Shown piece after piece: positions 1-9,889 of a DNA stretch of 64,000 nucleotides. The stretch is from Terriglobia bacterium (GTDB taxonomy: Bacteria; Acidobacteriota; Terriglobia; 20CM-2-55-15), in NCBI GenBank assembly GCA_965198225.1, contig CBDAOY010000008.1, forward strand, positions 480,001 through 544,000, read 5' to 3'. The translations under genes were made by a program, and so were the position numbers. The notes under the pieces are model-generated. The model saw only the letters and a program-made list of their open reading frames with translations. It searched no databases and was not told the DNA's origin. Position 1 is the first letter of the stretch, and every line of letters begins with the position of its first letter.

Positions 1-1
1 G

Positions 2-511
2 GTCTTCGAGCCCCTCCCGATACCCGCTGCCGAGGTCGTCGCTCACTCCCACGCCCTGGAGATCGCCATGGCCGCCCTCTCGGTCGGTATCGCCTTCATC
101 GGGTTCTTCATCGCCTACCGGATGTACTACAAGAAGAGCGACCTCCCTGATCGTCTCGCCGGGCGATACCAGGCTGCCTACCAGACAGTCCTGAACAAGT
201 ACTACGTCGACGAGCTCTACGATCTGCTGTTCGTGAACCGCGCCAAGGACACCGGAACCCGGCTGTGGCAGTTCGACGCGGCTTACGTCGACGGTGCGGT
301 CAACGGATCGGCACGCGCGACGGTGAAGAGCGCTGACGGATCGGGTTGGTGGGATCACTGGATCGTGGATGGTTCGGTCCGGTTCATCGGTGGGTTCTTC
401 AAGACGTTCAGCTGGCCTGTGCGCTTGATACAGACCGGCTACGTCCAGAACTACGCTCTCGTAATGATCCTGGGGGTGCTGATTTTCATAGGGTACGTTC
501 TCTGGGGCTAG
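2..511 (+). CDS. nuoL: NADH-quinone oxidoreductase subunit L, C-terminal part (gene starts before window)
   Basis: NKYYVDELYD...VDGAVNG...IQTGYVQNYA C-terminal NuoL motifs; directly upstream of nuoM. Confidence 0.92.
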   Translation, partial: VFEPLPIPAAEVVAHSHALEIAMAALSVGIAFIGFFIAYRMYYKKSDLPDRLAGRYQAAYQTVLNKYYVDELYDLLFVNRAKDTGTRLWQFDAAYVDGAVNGSARATVKSADGSGWWDHWIVDGSVRFIGGFFKTFSWPVRLIQTGYVQNYALVMILGVLIFIGYVLWG

Positions 512-536
512 GCCCCGGAGGCTGGAGTTTCGATAC

Positions 537-2219
537 ATGGGCTTTTTCTCGACACACATTCTGACAATCGTCACTTTCCTGCCGCTGGCCGGGGCATTGG
601 TCCTGTTGTTCCTCAACAAGGAGAACACAACCCTGATCCGGTGGTGGGCCAACCTGGTGGGGCTTGCCGGCTTTCTGGTCTCTGTGCCGCTGTTCTTCTG
701 GTTCGACTATGACAATGCCGGCGAGATGCAGTTCGTCGAGCGGGTCGACTGGATCACAGCGATCGGAGTGGAGTACGCGGTCGGGATCGACGGAATCAGC
801 CTCCTGCTGGTTCTGCTGACCACATTGCTGGGCACGATCGCGATCCTTTCGTCATGGGCCTCGATTCAGGATCGCGCCAAGGAATACTACATTTTCATGC
901 TGATGCTCCAAACCGGCATGCTTGGTGTTTTCGTTGCGCTCGATTTCTTCATGTTCTACGTGTTCTGGGAAGTCATGCTCGTGCCCATGTACTTCCTCAT
1001 CGGAGTCTGGGGCGGGCCCAGAAAACTGTATGCCGCGATCAAGTTCTTCCTCTACACGCTCGTCGGCTCGGTTCTGCTCCTGCTGGGAATCCTTGCCCTT
1101 TACTTCCAGTATCCGGCTATTGCCGCTGGAATTCCGGAAATTGCGGCGCGGTTCGGAAGCGAAAGGACGTTCGACATCCTTGCCTTCCAGGCAATCGGCC
1201 AGTATTTGAGCTTCGATGTGCAGTACTGGGTGTTCCTGGCGTTCTTTGTGGGCTTTGCCATCAAAGTGCCCATGTTCCCATTCCATACGTGGCTCCCCGA
1301 CGCACACGTCGAGGCCCCGACGGCCGGATCGGTCATCCTTGCGGGCGTCCTGCTGAAGATGGGGACCTACGGGTTCGTGCGCTTCAGCCTGCCAATGCTG
1401 CCCGAGGCCAGCGTGCATTTCGTGCCCTTCATGATCACCCTGTCGATTATCGCGATCATTTACGGGGCGCTCGTCGCGATGATGCAGAAGGACATGAAGA
1501 GTCTCGTGGCGTACTCGTCGGTCAGCCACATGGGTTTCGTGATGCTCGGCATGTTTGCCTTGAATCCGCTCGGCCTGAACGGCAGCATCCTGCAGCAGAT
1601 CAACCATGGGATCTCGACGGGCGCGCTCTTCCTGATTGTCGGCATCATCTACGAACGCCGGCACACCCGTCTGATCTCCGAGTTCGGGGGCCTCTCGACG
1701 ATCATGCCGGTGTACGCGACCATCTTTCTCATCATGACTCTGTCTTCGATTGGGCTGCCTCTGATGAACGGATTCATCGGCGAGTTCGTGATCCTCCAGG
1801 GAGCGTTGCAGGAGAACCTGTGGTGGGCCATCGCCGGAGCCTCGGGAATCGTACTGGGCGCCGCCTACATGCTGTGGCTCTACCAGCGGACGATGTTCGG
1901 CAAGCTCGACAACCCGGCCAACGAGAAGCTTCCCGATATGACCCTGCGCGAGGTTGTCACGCTCGCGCCGCTGGTCATCCTGGTTTTCTGGATCGGGATC
2001 TATCCGGCACCGTTCTTCGACGCACTGGAGGAGCCGGTGGACAAGATCGTCGCCGCAGTCCGGCCTGGCTACTTCCAGGCCGAGCAGCTGGACGCGGCCG
2101 AAGAACCCGCTCCTTCGCCTGAAGCCGTCGCGGAAATCCCGCCGGCGGATCCCTCGATCTCGGATGAGGAAACCGAAACCCTGCAGGACGCGGCGGCCCT
2201 CGGAGGCGCGGCGAATTAA
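537..2219 (+). CDS. nuoM: NADH-quinone oxidoreductase subunit M
   Basis: FYVFWEVMLVPMYFLIGVWG, FAIKVPMFPFHTWLPDAHVEAPT, LLKMGTYG motifs. Confidence 0.96.
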   Translation: MGFFSTHILTIVTFLPLAGALVLLFLNKENTTLIRWWANLVGLAGFLVSVPLFFWFDYDNAGEMQFVERVDWITAIGVEYAVGIDGISLLLVLLTTLLGTIAILSSWASIQDRAKEYYIFMLMLQTGMLGVFVALDFFMFYVFWEVMLVPMYFLIGVWGGPRKLYAAIKFFLYTLVGSVLLLLGILALYFQYPAIAAGIPEIAARFGSERTFDILAFQAIGQYLSFDVQYWVFLAFFVGFAIKVPMFPFHTWLPDAHVEAPTAGSVILAGVLLKMGTYGFVRFSLPMLPEASVHFVPFMITLSIIAIIYGALVAMMQKDMKSLVAYSSVSHMGFVMLGMFALNPLGLNGSILQQINHGISTGALFLIVGIIYERRHTRLISEFGGLSTIMPVYATIFLIMTLSSIGLPLMNGFIGEFVILQGALQENLWWAIAGASGIVLGAAYMLWLYQRTMFGKLDNPANEKLPDMTLREVVTLAPLVILVFWIGIYPAPFFDALEEPVDKIVAAVRPGYFQAEQLDAAEEPAPSPEAVAEIPPADPSISDEETETLQDAAALGGAAN

Positions 2220-3658
2220 TGGGCGAGTTTTTTCAACTTCGGGATCTCGTGGCCATCGCTCCGGAACTGCAGCTGACGGCTTTCGGCCTCGTACTCTTGA
2301 TCGCCGACCTCGTGATCCGCGAACCGAGGAGGCTAGGATACATCGCGCTCTCCGGTCTTGCTGTATCCGCCGGATGGCTGTTTGTTGTGGGAGGAACCCA
2401 TGGGCCGGCCTACGGCGACCAGCTCGTGGTTGATCCCTTTGCCGCGTACTTCAAGTTCATCTTCCTGATCGCCGCCGGCCTGACGATCGGGCTGTCGATG
2501 CGTTACCTCGACATCGAGAGAGAGCAGCATGGCGAATACTACGCCCTGATCCTGTTCGCCACGATGGGCATGATGTTCATGGCGGGCGGAACCGACCTGG
2601 TGACGCTCTACATCGGTCTGGAGACGATGGCGATCGCAACCTATGTGCTCGTCGGGTTCCTCCGGGGGAGTCAGCGTTCCAACGAAGCCTCCCTCAAGTA
2701 CTTCCTGCTCGGTGCCTTTTCATCGGGAGTACTGCTCTACGGAATGTCCCTGCTCTACGGGTTGTCGGGTTCGACCAACCTGACCGAGATCGCCGAGGCG
2801 CTGACGCGGCGGCCGGCGGCCGATCCCATTTCACTGGTGGCGATGATTACCGTTGCGGCTGGCCTTTTCTTCAAGATCGCCGCGGTGCCGTTCCATCAGT
2901 GGGTGCCAGACGCATACGAGGGGGCGCCGACCTCGGTAACGGCCTTCATGTCGGTTGCCGTCAAAGCGGCATCGTTCGCGATGATGGTCCGGGTGTTCAT
3001 GGTCGCAATCTACCCGTTGCGCGACCAATGGGTCCCGGTCATGGCGGCCGTTTGCGCGATGACGATCACCGTGGGTAACGTTGCCGCGCTGAGCCAGTCG
3101 AACGTCAAGCGCCTGCTGGCCTATTCGTCCATTTCCCATGCCGGGTTCGTACTGCTGGGTCTGATCGCGGGTAACGACACGGGCATGATCGCCATCGCCA
3201 TGTACCTGTTCGTCTACACGTTCATGAACCTGGGTGCGTGGGCGTTGGTCGTCGCTCTCCGGCGCCGGGACGTCATCGGCGAGCACATCGATGAGATGAA
3301 CGGCCTGTTCTTCAAGCATCCGACGGCCGCGATCTTGATGCTCATCTTCCTGCTGTCTCTGGCCGGCATCCCGCCGACCGCCGGCTTTGTCGCAAAGTAT
3401 TTTCTCTTCGCCGCGGTGATCGAGACCGGGCACACGACCCTGGCCGTAATCGCCGCGCTCAACATCGTCGTCGGGATTTACTATTACATGAGGGTCGTTG
3501 TCGCGATGTTCATATCCGATGCGACCGAAAAGACCGGCCTCGTGCTGTCGCCCGGTGTTGTCTCCGTGCTTGCGATCACCGTTGCTTTCACCCTGCTGAT
3601 AGGTCTCTACCCCGACCCTTTTATCGCGATGGCACAACAGGCGGCGTCGGTCTTTTAG
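2219..3658 (+). CDS. nuoN: NADH-quinone oxidoreductase subunit N
   Basis: EASLKYFLLGAFSS, FKIAAVPFHQWVPDAYEGAPT, KRLLAYSSISHAG; TAATG overlap with nuoM. Confidence 0.96.
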   Translation: MGEFFQLRDLVAIAPELQLTAFGLVLLIADLVIREPRRLGYIALSGLAVSAGWLFVVGGTHGPAYGDQLVVDPFAAYFKFIFLIAAGLTIGLSMRYLDIEREQHGEYYALILFATMGMMFMAGGTDLVTLYIGLETMAIATYVLVGFLRGSQRSNEASLKYFLLGAFSSGVLLYGMSLLYGLSGSTNLTEIAEALTRRPAADPISLVAMITVAAGLFFKIAAVPFHQWVPDAYEGAPTSVTAFMSVAVKAASFAMMVRVFMVAIYPLRDQWVPVMAAVCAMTITVGNVAALSQSNVKRLLAYSSISHAGFVLLGLIAGNDTGMIAIAMYLFVYTFMNLGAWALVVALRRRDVIGEHIDEMNGLFFKHPTAAILMLIFLLSLAGIPPTAGFVAKYFLFAAVIETGHTTLAVIAALNIVVGIYYYMRVVVAMFISDATEKTGLVLSPGVVSVLAITVAFTLLIGLYPDPFIAMAQQAASVF

Positions 3659-3669
3659 TAGTCAGTAGC

Positions 3670-4988
3670 CAGTAGTGTCCGACACGTTTCAGAATAGATT
3701 CAATTGGTTAGCGTTAGAGTGTCGATTTGAGATGAGCCCGGATTCGGTAAGCAGCTGAAAAAGAGGCACATTCTCAAATGGTGTGACACTCAAGATCTGT
3801 AACATTGAGTGCAACGACAAAGGCAAATTCAGTTCTTTACGCACGATAGCCACCAGCACGTAAACGCTCACGGCGACCCAGACCTGAGTTTTGACGGCGT
3901 TCTCGGAAGTGCCGAAGAAACGCTTGATGCGCAGGTGCTGTTTGATCCATTTGAAGAACAGCTCCACCTGCCAGCGCAGGCGATACAACTCGCAGATGGT
4001 CCGGGCTGGGAGCGTCATGTGATTGGTCAAGAAAACCAGTCGCCGACCCTCGGGATCGCGATAACGAATGCGACGCAACCGTTCGGGGTAGCCGCGGCGG
4101 GAGCGAAATACGGTCAGTTCGATAGTCTGATCGCAGATGAGGCCCGTGTGTCGGTCGACGGGTTGGGAGTAGATGCGCTTGAACGCGAAGTCGGATCGAG
4201 CACGGGTGACGAAGAAGCTCCCGGCTTGATTGAAGGTGTAGAGGCGATCGAAGTCGAGATAGCCGCGGTCCATCACGTAGAAAGCACCGGCTTCGGCGAT
4301 GAGCAGGTCGAGAACGTTGACGTCGTGCAGCCTGCCTTCGGAGATGTGGATGAAGCTGGGGATACCGCCACGCAGGTCGAGCAGCGTATGAAGCTTCACC
4401 GCGGCTTCGGTCTTTCGAAAGTGCGCCCAAGGGAACAGCGACAAGCACAGACTGATCATCGTGGAGTCGAGCGCGTAGACGGTTTCGTCCAGGTCGATCC
4501 CGAGCGGCTCGTGGGCATACAAGCGGCGTGCGATGCGGATCAGCGCCTGAGCGAACTCTCCGTAGATGCGCCAGTCGCGAGACTCGTTGGCATCGGCCAA
4601 TGCACTGCGGCTGACCTTCCCGTGCAACCCCAGGTGGTAGAGCTTGGCGGGTTGGGCTCGCAAGCAGGCTTGAATGTCGCGCAGGCTCTCCCGATAGGTC
4701 AGCTGAGCGAAGGCCATGCATAGGAACTGGTCCAGGCAACTGAATGTGCGGACGTTGAAATTGCCGCGGTACTTGGTCACCAGACGACGGAACGTATACC
4801 ACGGCGCGAACTCCATGACTTGTGCGAAGACCAGCTTGCCAGCGTGCATCGGTGCCTCCCAGAAACCTCTGGAAAGGCTGCCGCGAAGGCCGCACAGAAA
4901 TCAAATCGTTAACACCTTGACAAGCGCGCTACATCGCGTCAGTTCTAACTTTAGGACCGGGAGGTCCTAAATCTGTCGGACACTACTG
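3670..4988 (-). mobile_element. IS4-family insertion sequence, 1319 bp, complete
   Basis: Perfect 15-bp terminal inverted repeats CAGTAGTGTCCGACA (3670-3684) / TGTCGGACACTACTG (4974-4988); 9-bp target duplication GTCAGTAGC at 3661-3669 and 4989-4997. Confidence 0.95.
3689..4849 (-). CDS. IS4-family DDE transposase (DUF4372-type N-terminus)
   Basis: ALDST, VMDRGY, YRLRWQVELFFKWIKQ (YREK-type) motifs; N-terminal FAQL..RESLRDI. Confidence 0.93.
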   Translation of the reverse strand: MHAGKLVFAQVMEFAPWYTFRRLVTKYRGNFNVRTFSCLDQFLCMAFAQLTYRESLRDIQACLRAQPAKLYHLGLHGKVSRSALADANESRDWRIYGEFAQALIRIARRLYAHEPLGIDLDETVYALDSTMISLCLSLFPWAHFRKTEAAVKLHTLLDLRGGIPSFIHISEGRLHDVNVLDLLIAEAGAFYVMDRGYLDFDRLYTFNQAGSFFVTRARSDFAFKRIYSQPVDRHTGLICDQTIELTVFRSRRGYPERLRRIRYRDPEGRRLVFLTNHMTLPARTICELYRLRWQVELFFKWIKQHLRIKRFFGTSENAVKTQVWVAVSVYVLVAIVRKELNLPLSLHSMLQILSVTPFENVPLFQLLTESGLISNRHSNANQLNLF

Positions 4989-5192
4989 GTCAGTAGCCAG
5001 TAGTCAACTGAAGATGAGACTACTCCGACTCGTGGCGCGAAGAACCACCCAGTCTGCACTCACGGTGCACAACCCTGATAATTCCAACCACCCCGTCTGC
5101 GCCTTTGGCGCATCCACTCCTCCTTATCCAAGGAGGGGAGTTGGCTCCACTCTACAGATTTGCGGGTGACTGGCAACTGACTACTGACTACT
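4989..5192. repeat. Inverted heptamer tracts (CAGTAGY)n ... (ACTGACT)n enclosing palindromic cargo
   Basis: gtcagtagccagtagtcaactg at 4989-5010 and reverse-complement tract gactggcaactgactactgactact at 5168-5192; internal direct repeat aaccaccc.gtctgc (5043, 5086) and hairpin ctcctcctt-atcc-aaggagggg (~5117-5138). Confidence 0.7.
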
Positions 5193-5201
5193 TCCCCAAC
5201 C

Positions 5202-6671
5202 ATGTCCACGCTGCGCATCTACCACGACTCCCTCTCGCTGCTGACCGATCTCTACGAGCTCACGATGGCCTATGCCTACTGGAAGGCGGGCATCGCCGAC
5301 CGCCAGGCGGTCTTCGGGGTCTCGTTTCGAGAGCACCCGTTTCGCGGAGGATACACGATCGCGGCCGGTCTGGCTTCGGTCGTGGACTGGGTGGAGGCTC
5401 TCGGTTTTAGCGACGACGACCTGTCCTATCTTGCGGGCCTTCAAGGCAACGACCACAGACCCCTTTTCGACGACGGGTTTCTCGACTATCTGCGCAGACT
5501 CGAGTTTTCCTGTGACATCGATGCTGCTCCGGAAGGCACGGTCGTCTTTCCCCAACAACCGCTGGTTCGTGTCATGGGTCCGATCCTCCAGTGCCAGATC
5601 CTCGAAACGGCGATCCTGAACCTTGTGAACTTCCAATCGCTGATCGCGACGAAAGCGGCCCGAGTCTGCAACGCAGCGGGCGGCGATCCGGTTATCGAGT
5701 TCGGCCTGCGGCGCGCCCAGGGGATCGATGGGGGTCTCACCGCGAGTCGTGCGGCCTATGTCGGCGGATGCTCTGCGACTTCGAACGTCCTTGCGGGGAA
5801 GCTGTTCGGCATTCCAGTTAAAGGCACGCTCGCCCACAGCTGGGTAATGTGTTTCGACGGGGAGTCCGAATCATTCCAGGTGTATGCCGAGGCGATGCCG
5901 AACAATTGCGTCTTCCTTGTCGATACCTACGACTCGCTCGAGGGAGTGCGCCGGGCCGTGGATGTCGGACGGTGGCTTGCCGAACACGGTCACCGGATGA
6001 TCGGGATACGGCTCGATTCGGGCGACCTGGCGTACCTGAGCATCGAAGCCCGACGCATGCTCGATCAAGCCGGCTTCGAAGAGGCCGCGATCGTGGCGAG
6101 CAATAACCTGGACGAAAACTTGATATCGAGTCTCAAGCAGCAGGGTGCCACGATCGGAGTCTGGGGTGTCGGAACCCAGCTGGCAACGGCGTTCGACGAA
6201 CCTGCCCTGGGAGGCGTTTACAAGCTGACGGCCGTGCGGGACGATCCGGAATCGGACTGGAAATACAAGGTGAAGCTGTCCGAGCAGGCCAGCAAAGCGT
6301 CGATTCCGGGAGTACTGCAGGTCAAACGCTATCGGAGGGGATCGGAGTACGTCGCCGACGTGATCTACGATGAGCAGATGGGATTGCCCTATCCGATCGT
6401 TGCGGTCGACCCGACCGACGACACGCGGCGGAAGCGCGTCCCCGACGATTGTGAGGGTTCGGATCTGCTCCTGCCTGTTTTCCGTTCGGGCCGTCGCGTT
6501 ATGGAAATGCCCTCCATCGAAGAGTCTCGCCGCCGGGCCGCCGGTCAACTCGAGCGATTTCATGCGACGATAAAACGACTCGTGAATCCTCACGAGTATC
6601 CGGCCGGTGTGGCCGAGAATCTGTCCAGACTGAGGCACGATTTGATTCTGGAATTACGAGAAGGCCATTGA
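5202..6671 (+). CDS. pncB: Nicotinate phosphoribosyltransferase
   Basis: LLTDLYELTM, EFGLRRAQG, GTLAHSWV, LVDTYD, IRLDSGDL, GGVYKL motifs. Confidence 0.95.
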   Translation: MSTLRIYHDSLSLLTDLYELTMAYAYWKAGIADRQAVFGVSFREHPFRGGYTIAAGLASVVDWVEALGFSDDDLSYLAGLQGNDHRPLFDDGFLDYLRRLEFSCDIDAAPEGTVVFPQQPLVRVMGPILQCQILETAILNLVNFQSLIATKAARVCNAAGGDPVIEFGLRRAQGIDGGLTASRAAYVGGCSATSNVLAGKLFGIPVKGTLAHSWVMCFDGESESFQVYAEAMPNNCVFLVDTYDSLEGVRRAVDVGRWLAEHGHRMIGIRLDSGDLAYLSIEARRMLDQAGFEEAAIVASNNLDENLISSLKQQGATIGVWGVGTQLATAFDEPALGGVYKLTAVRDDPESDWKYKVKLSEQASKASIPGVLQVKRYRRGSEYVADVIYDEQMGLPYPIVAVDPTDDTRRKRVPDDCEGSDLLLPVFRSGRRVMEMPSIEESRRRAAGQLERFHATIKRLVNPHEYPAGVAENLSRLRHDLILELREGH

Positions 6672-7282
6672 GAGCGCTGATCCTGGTCGATCTGCAGAAC
6701 GATTTCATGCCCGGCGGCTCGCTGGCTGTCCCCGACGGCGACAAAGTCGTGCCCGTAGCGAACCAGGTGCAAGCGCACTTTGAGTTCGTCGTGGCCACGC
6801 AGGATTGGCATCCCGCCGATCACGGCAGTTTCGCCGCGAATCATCCCGGCCGCGAAGTCGGAGAAATCATCGACCTGGACGGCATACCTCAAGTGTTGTG
6901 GCCGAGTCACTGCGTCCAGAACACAAGCGGCGCCCAACTGGCGTCGGATCTGGATCGCACCCGCATCCGAAAGATCTTTCACAAGGGAACCGATCCCTTG
7001 ATCGACAGCTATTCCGCTTTCTTCGACAACGGGCACCGGCAGTCTACGGGCCTGGGCGACTTTCTTCTGAAGCAGGGTGTTGATGAGGTCTGCCTGATGG
7101 GGCTTGCAACCGATTACTGCGTCAAGTTCAGCGCACTGGACGCAAGGGAGCTAGGCTTTGCCGTATCGCTCATCGAGGACGGCTGTCGCGGTGTGGAACT
7201 GGCGCCGGGTGATGTCGCCCGGGCGCTGGAGGAGATGAGAAACGCTGGAGTGGCCCTCGTCAGGAGTGACTCGCTCGGTTAA
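6668..7282 (+). CDS. pncA: Nicotinamidase/pyrazinamidase
   Basis: VDLQNDF, TQDWHP, WPSHCVQ, DSYSAF, GLATDYCV motifs; TTG start overlapping pncB stop. Confidence 0.95.
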   Translation: MRALILVDLQNDFMPGGSLAVPDGDKVVPVANQVQAHFEFVVATQDWHPADHGSFAANHPGREVGEIIDLDGIPQVLWPSHCVQNTSGAQLASDLDRTRIRKIFHKGTDPLIDSYSAFFDNGHRQSTGLGDFLLKQGVDEVCLMGLATDYCVKFSALDARELGFAVSLIEDGCRGVELAPGDVARALEEMRNAGVALVRSDSLG

Positions 7283-7537
7283 AAGAGAAGTGAATACCGA
7301 TTGTTGAATGAGTGAGGGGTGAAAAGAAGGATCTATCGCAAATTGGTCAATGGACAAATCCGCATTCGAAGTCGAGGATTGGAGATTGCCCGATTTGTCA
7401 TTGGTCGGAGCAGCCAGGATCAGCGTGTAGGGCCGCTCCTGCGATGTGAAATAAAGCAATGTCGAATGAGCAACGTGCCATGTGGATTGTTCAAATACCG
7501 CTATTTTGCGATTGGATCACTAACCGAAGAGCTAACG

Positions 7538-7565
7538 AGAAACGCCCGGCCGTGTGGCCGGGCGT
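7538..7565 (-). terminator. Likely intrinsic terminator of the minus-strand lipoprotein gene
   Basis: 10-bp GC stem acgcccggcc-gtgt-ggccgggcgt, followed on the minus strand by a short T-rich tail, ~25 bp past the stop codon. Confidence 0.55.
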
Positions 7566-7591
7566 CGATCAAACATGATTTGCGATGAACT

Positions 7592-8194
7592 CTATGTGTT
7601 GCCGGAGCGCTGCAGCACCTCGTTGAAACGGATTGCGTTGATCTCCTGGCCCTGGATCGTGTACTTCACAAACCGGAAACCGCGGTCCTCGTAGATGTAT
7701 TCGACCGAACCGGCCTCTTCATCTTCGGACATACCCTGCTCGTCGCCGAACAGTTCCCGCATCATGTCCACGTCGCCGTCTTCCAGAAGTGCTCTCAGAT
7801 CAGGGTCTACGATCTCTTCCGCGATGAACGAAGTGATCTCGAGGCGTCGGATCTTTCCGGTGAGTTTATAGGTGTAGACCACGAGACCGCCATTCTGGTA
7901 CGCCGTGATGTAGTGCTCCTCGTCGGTGCGGGTGTTCATGATCTCGCCAAGGGTTTCCTCCACCTGGCGTGTCACGTCACCGACCTTGATGCCCAAAAGG
8001 CTGATGTTGCGGCTAGTAAAGTCAGGTGCCTCTTCCAGGATAGCAACTTCGGTCAGCTCATAGACGGGCGGTGGAGGCTCCGCCGGTGGCGGGGCTTCTT
8101 CCTCGGCAGCGGGCGGTTCGGGCGCGGGGCCGCACGCAGCCACCGACAGAACCAGGACGCTAATAATACCAAACAGCGTTACCCGTCTCAGCAT
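7592..8194 (-). CDS. Hypothetical lipoprotein
   Basis: Signal peptide with lipobox VAAC, Pro/Glu-rich tether, GGAGG RBS; no recognised domain. Confidence 0.75.
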   Translation of the reverse strand: MLRRVTLFGIISVLVLSVAACGPAPEPPAAEEEAPPPAEPPPPVYELTEVAILEEAPDFTSRNISLLGIKVGDVTRQVEETLGEIMNTRTDEEHYITAYQNGGLVVYTYKLTGKIRRLEITSFIAEEIVDPDLRALLEDGDVDMMRELFGDEQGMSEDEEAGSVEYIYEDRGFRFVKYTIQGQEINAIRFNEVLQRSGNT

Positions 8195-8286
8195 TTGGAT
8201 CCTCCTTCAGACTCCTCAGATAAATCGTTTCAGTGCAAAGAGTTTCGTGCTTTTGGCCGGCCGATTATATAACAATGAAAGCAGGC

Positions 8287-8517
8287 ATGGATAGTAGAAA
8301 AGACAGAGGCGAAACCTACCGACAGTTGGGTGCTTTGATGAGTGCCGGGATGGTGTTTCCCCTGTCGATTGCGATCGGCTACGGGATGGGTTATTACCTG
8401 GACCGATGGCTTGGAACCGGGTTCCTGACAATCGTCTTTCTGCTGTTCGGAATCGCCGCCGGCTTCGTCAGTTTCTTCCGAACGATCTCGAAGGTGACCG
8501 GGTTTGAGAAGAAGTAG
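8287..8517 (+). CDS. AtpZ/AtpI-family small membrane protein (ATP synthase accessory)
   Basis: G-x-x-x-G-Y-Y-L-D-R-W-L-G-T motif with two TM helices; first gene of Fo cluster. Alternative ATG at 8275. Confidence 0.8.
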   Translation: MDSRKDRGETYRQLGALMSAGMVFPLSIAIGYGMGYYLDRWLGTGFLTIVFLLFGIAAGFVSFFRTISKVTGFEKK

Positions 8518-8670
8518 TCAGTAGTCAGTTATGAGTAGTCAGTTGAAAACTGTGCGGCGGTCGGTGACCGCCGGTCCTTCTTTGTGGGCCAACGATTCTT
8601 CTGGCTTGGCAACCAGCGACAAGTCAAGCAACAAAGTCCCCCTCAACGGCCTACGGACAACGGCCTACGT
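8513..8670. repeat. Heptamer tracts (AGTAGTC)n and (CAACGGC/CTACGGA)n flanking a small hairpin
   Basis: agtagtcagtagtcagttatgagtagtcagttg 8513-8545; caacggcctacggacaacggcctacg ~8644-8669. Confidence 0.6.
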
Positions 8671-8675
8671 TCCCC

Positions 8676-9080
8676 GTGTTTGACTCCTACCAGCAATTCG
8701 AAAAGCGACTCGACCGAACGAATTTCCTCGTCGTCATCGCCGCCGCGGCACTGGCGCTGGCTCTTCACTCGGTGAAAGGCGCCGCGAGCATAGCCGCGGG
8801 AGGGGCCCTGTCATACCTCAATTTTCATTGGCTCAAGCAAGCGGTCAACTACGTGATTCTAAAGGGTGGGCAGGGACCTGTCGGTCGGCGGGTAGGCCTT
8901 CAGTACGCTGGTCGGTACGCGTTGATCGGCCTCGCCCTGTATGTTACGATTCGGTTTACAATCTTGGACTTGACCCTCGTCCTGGCGGGTCTCTTTTCGT
9001 ACGTTCTCGCCGTACTTCTCGAGAGTATTTTCGAAATCGGCAGATCCTTGTTTCGAGTAGATCAGAATGGAAGAACATGA
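8676..9080 (+). CDS. atpI: ATP synthase subunit I
   Basis: Four hydrophobic segments, GGALSYLNF motif, directly upstream of atpB. Confidence 0.8.
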   Translation: MFDSYQQFEKRLDRTNFLVVIAAAALALALHSVKGAASIAAGGALSYLNFHWLKQAVNYVILKGGQGPVGRRVGLQYAGRYALIGLALYVTIRFTILDLTLVLAGLFSYVLAVLLESIFEIGRSLFRVDQNGRT

Positions 9081-9798
9081 GCTGCTGATCGTTGACTGGA
9101 TCAACGAACTCCTGGGTCATCCTATCGCTTCGCTTCTCGGCCTGCACGTCGCCCCCGGCGAGCACGTCATACCGATGCAGGTCGTCATGGCGACGTTCGT
9201 AGTTCTATTCTGCTTCGGTTTCTTTGGATTTGTGAGATCACGTCTGTCCGTTGAAAACCCCGGAAAGCTCCAGCAAGTTCTGGAGGTTGCGGTTGAGTTC
9301 CTGTCGAATCAGCTCGCGGAGAACATCGGCCACAAAGGGCCGAGATTTCTGGGGATCGTAGGTACGATTGGGATCTTCATCCTGTTCTCGAACTGGATGG
9401 GTCTGGTGCCGGGTTTTGCTGCGCCAACGAGCAATGTCAACGTTCCCGCCGCACTTGCAATCGTCGTTTTTCTTTATTACAACTTGCGGGGCATGAGGGA
9501 ACAGGGTGTATTCAAGTACCTGAAGCATTTCATGGGGCCGGTCTGGTGGCTGGCGCCTTTGATGATCCCGATTGAAATCATCAGCCACCTTGCGCGTCCG
9601 TTCTCGCTGACGATTCGTCTGTTCGTGAACATTTTTGCGGAGGAAGAGTTGGTGTTGGCGTTCTTCGCCCTCGTACCATTGCTGATTCCTCTCCCCTTCA
9701 TGGCGTACGCGATATTCGGCGGGCTGCTGCAGGCTTTTATATTCATTACGCTTACGATGGTCTATCTTGCGGGCGCTGTGGCTACCGAGGACCATTGA
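9067..9798 (+). CDS. atpB: ATP synthase Fo subunit a
   Basis: PGKLQ, NWMGLVPG, PIEIISHLARPFSLTIRLFVN (essential Arg), LQAFIF motifs. Confidence 0.96.
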   Translation: MEEHELLIVDWINELLGHPIASLLGLHVAPGEHVIPMQVVMATFVVLFCFGFFGFVRSRLSVENPGKLQQVLEVAVEFLSNQLAENIGHKGPRFLGIVGTIGIFILFSNWMGLVPGFAAPTSNVNVPAALAIVVFLYYNLRGMREQGVFKYLKHFMGPVWWLAPLMIPIEIISHLARPFSLTIRLFVNIFAEEELVLAFFALVPLLIPLPFMAYAIFGGLLQAFIFITLTMVYLAGAVATEDH

Positions 9799-9889
9799 TG
9801 TTTCCCGACCTTCTGTCACCCGTGTGAGGCCGACTGCAAGAGGGATGTTCGGCAACCACCTCCGGGCGGCAACTTCATAAGGAGTTCGA

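Noticed and set aside
7319-7588. AT-richer ORF starting MKRRIYRKLV, faintly like the YNKLVRD start of MazG-like pyrophosphatases
   Set aside because: Similarity limited to a few residues and needs a frameshift; cannot be supported without a search
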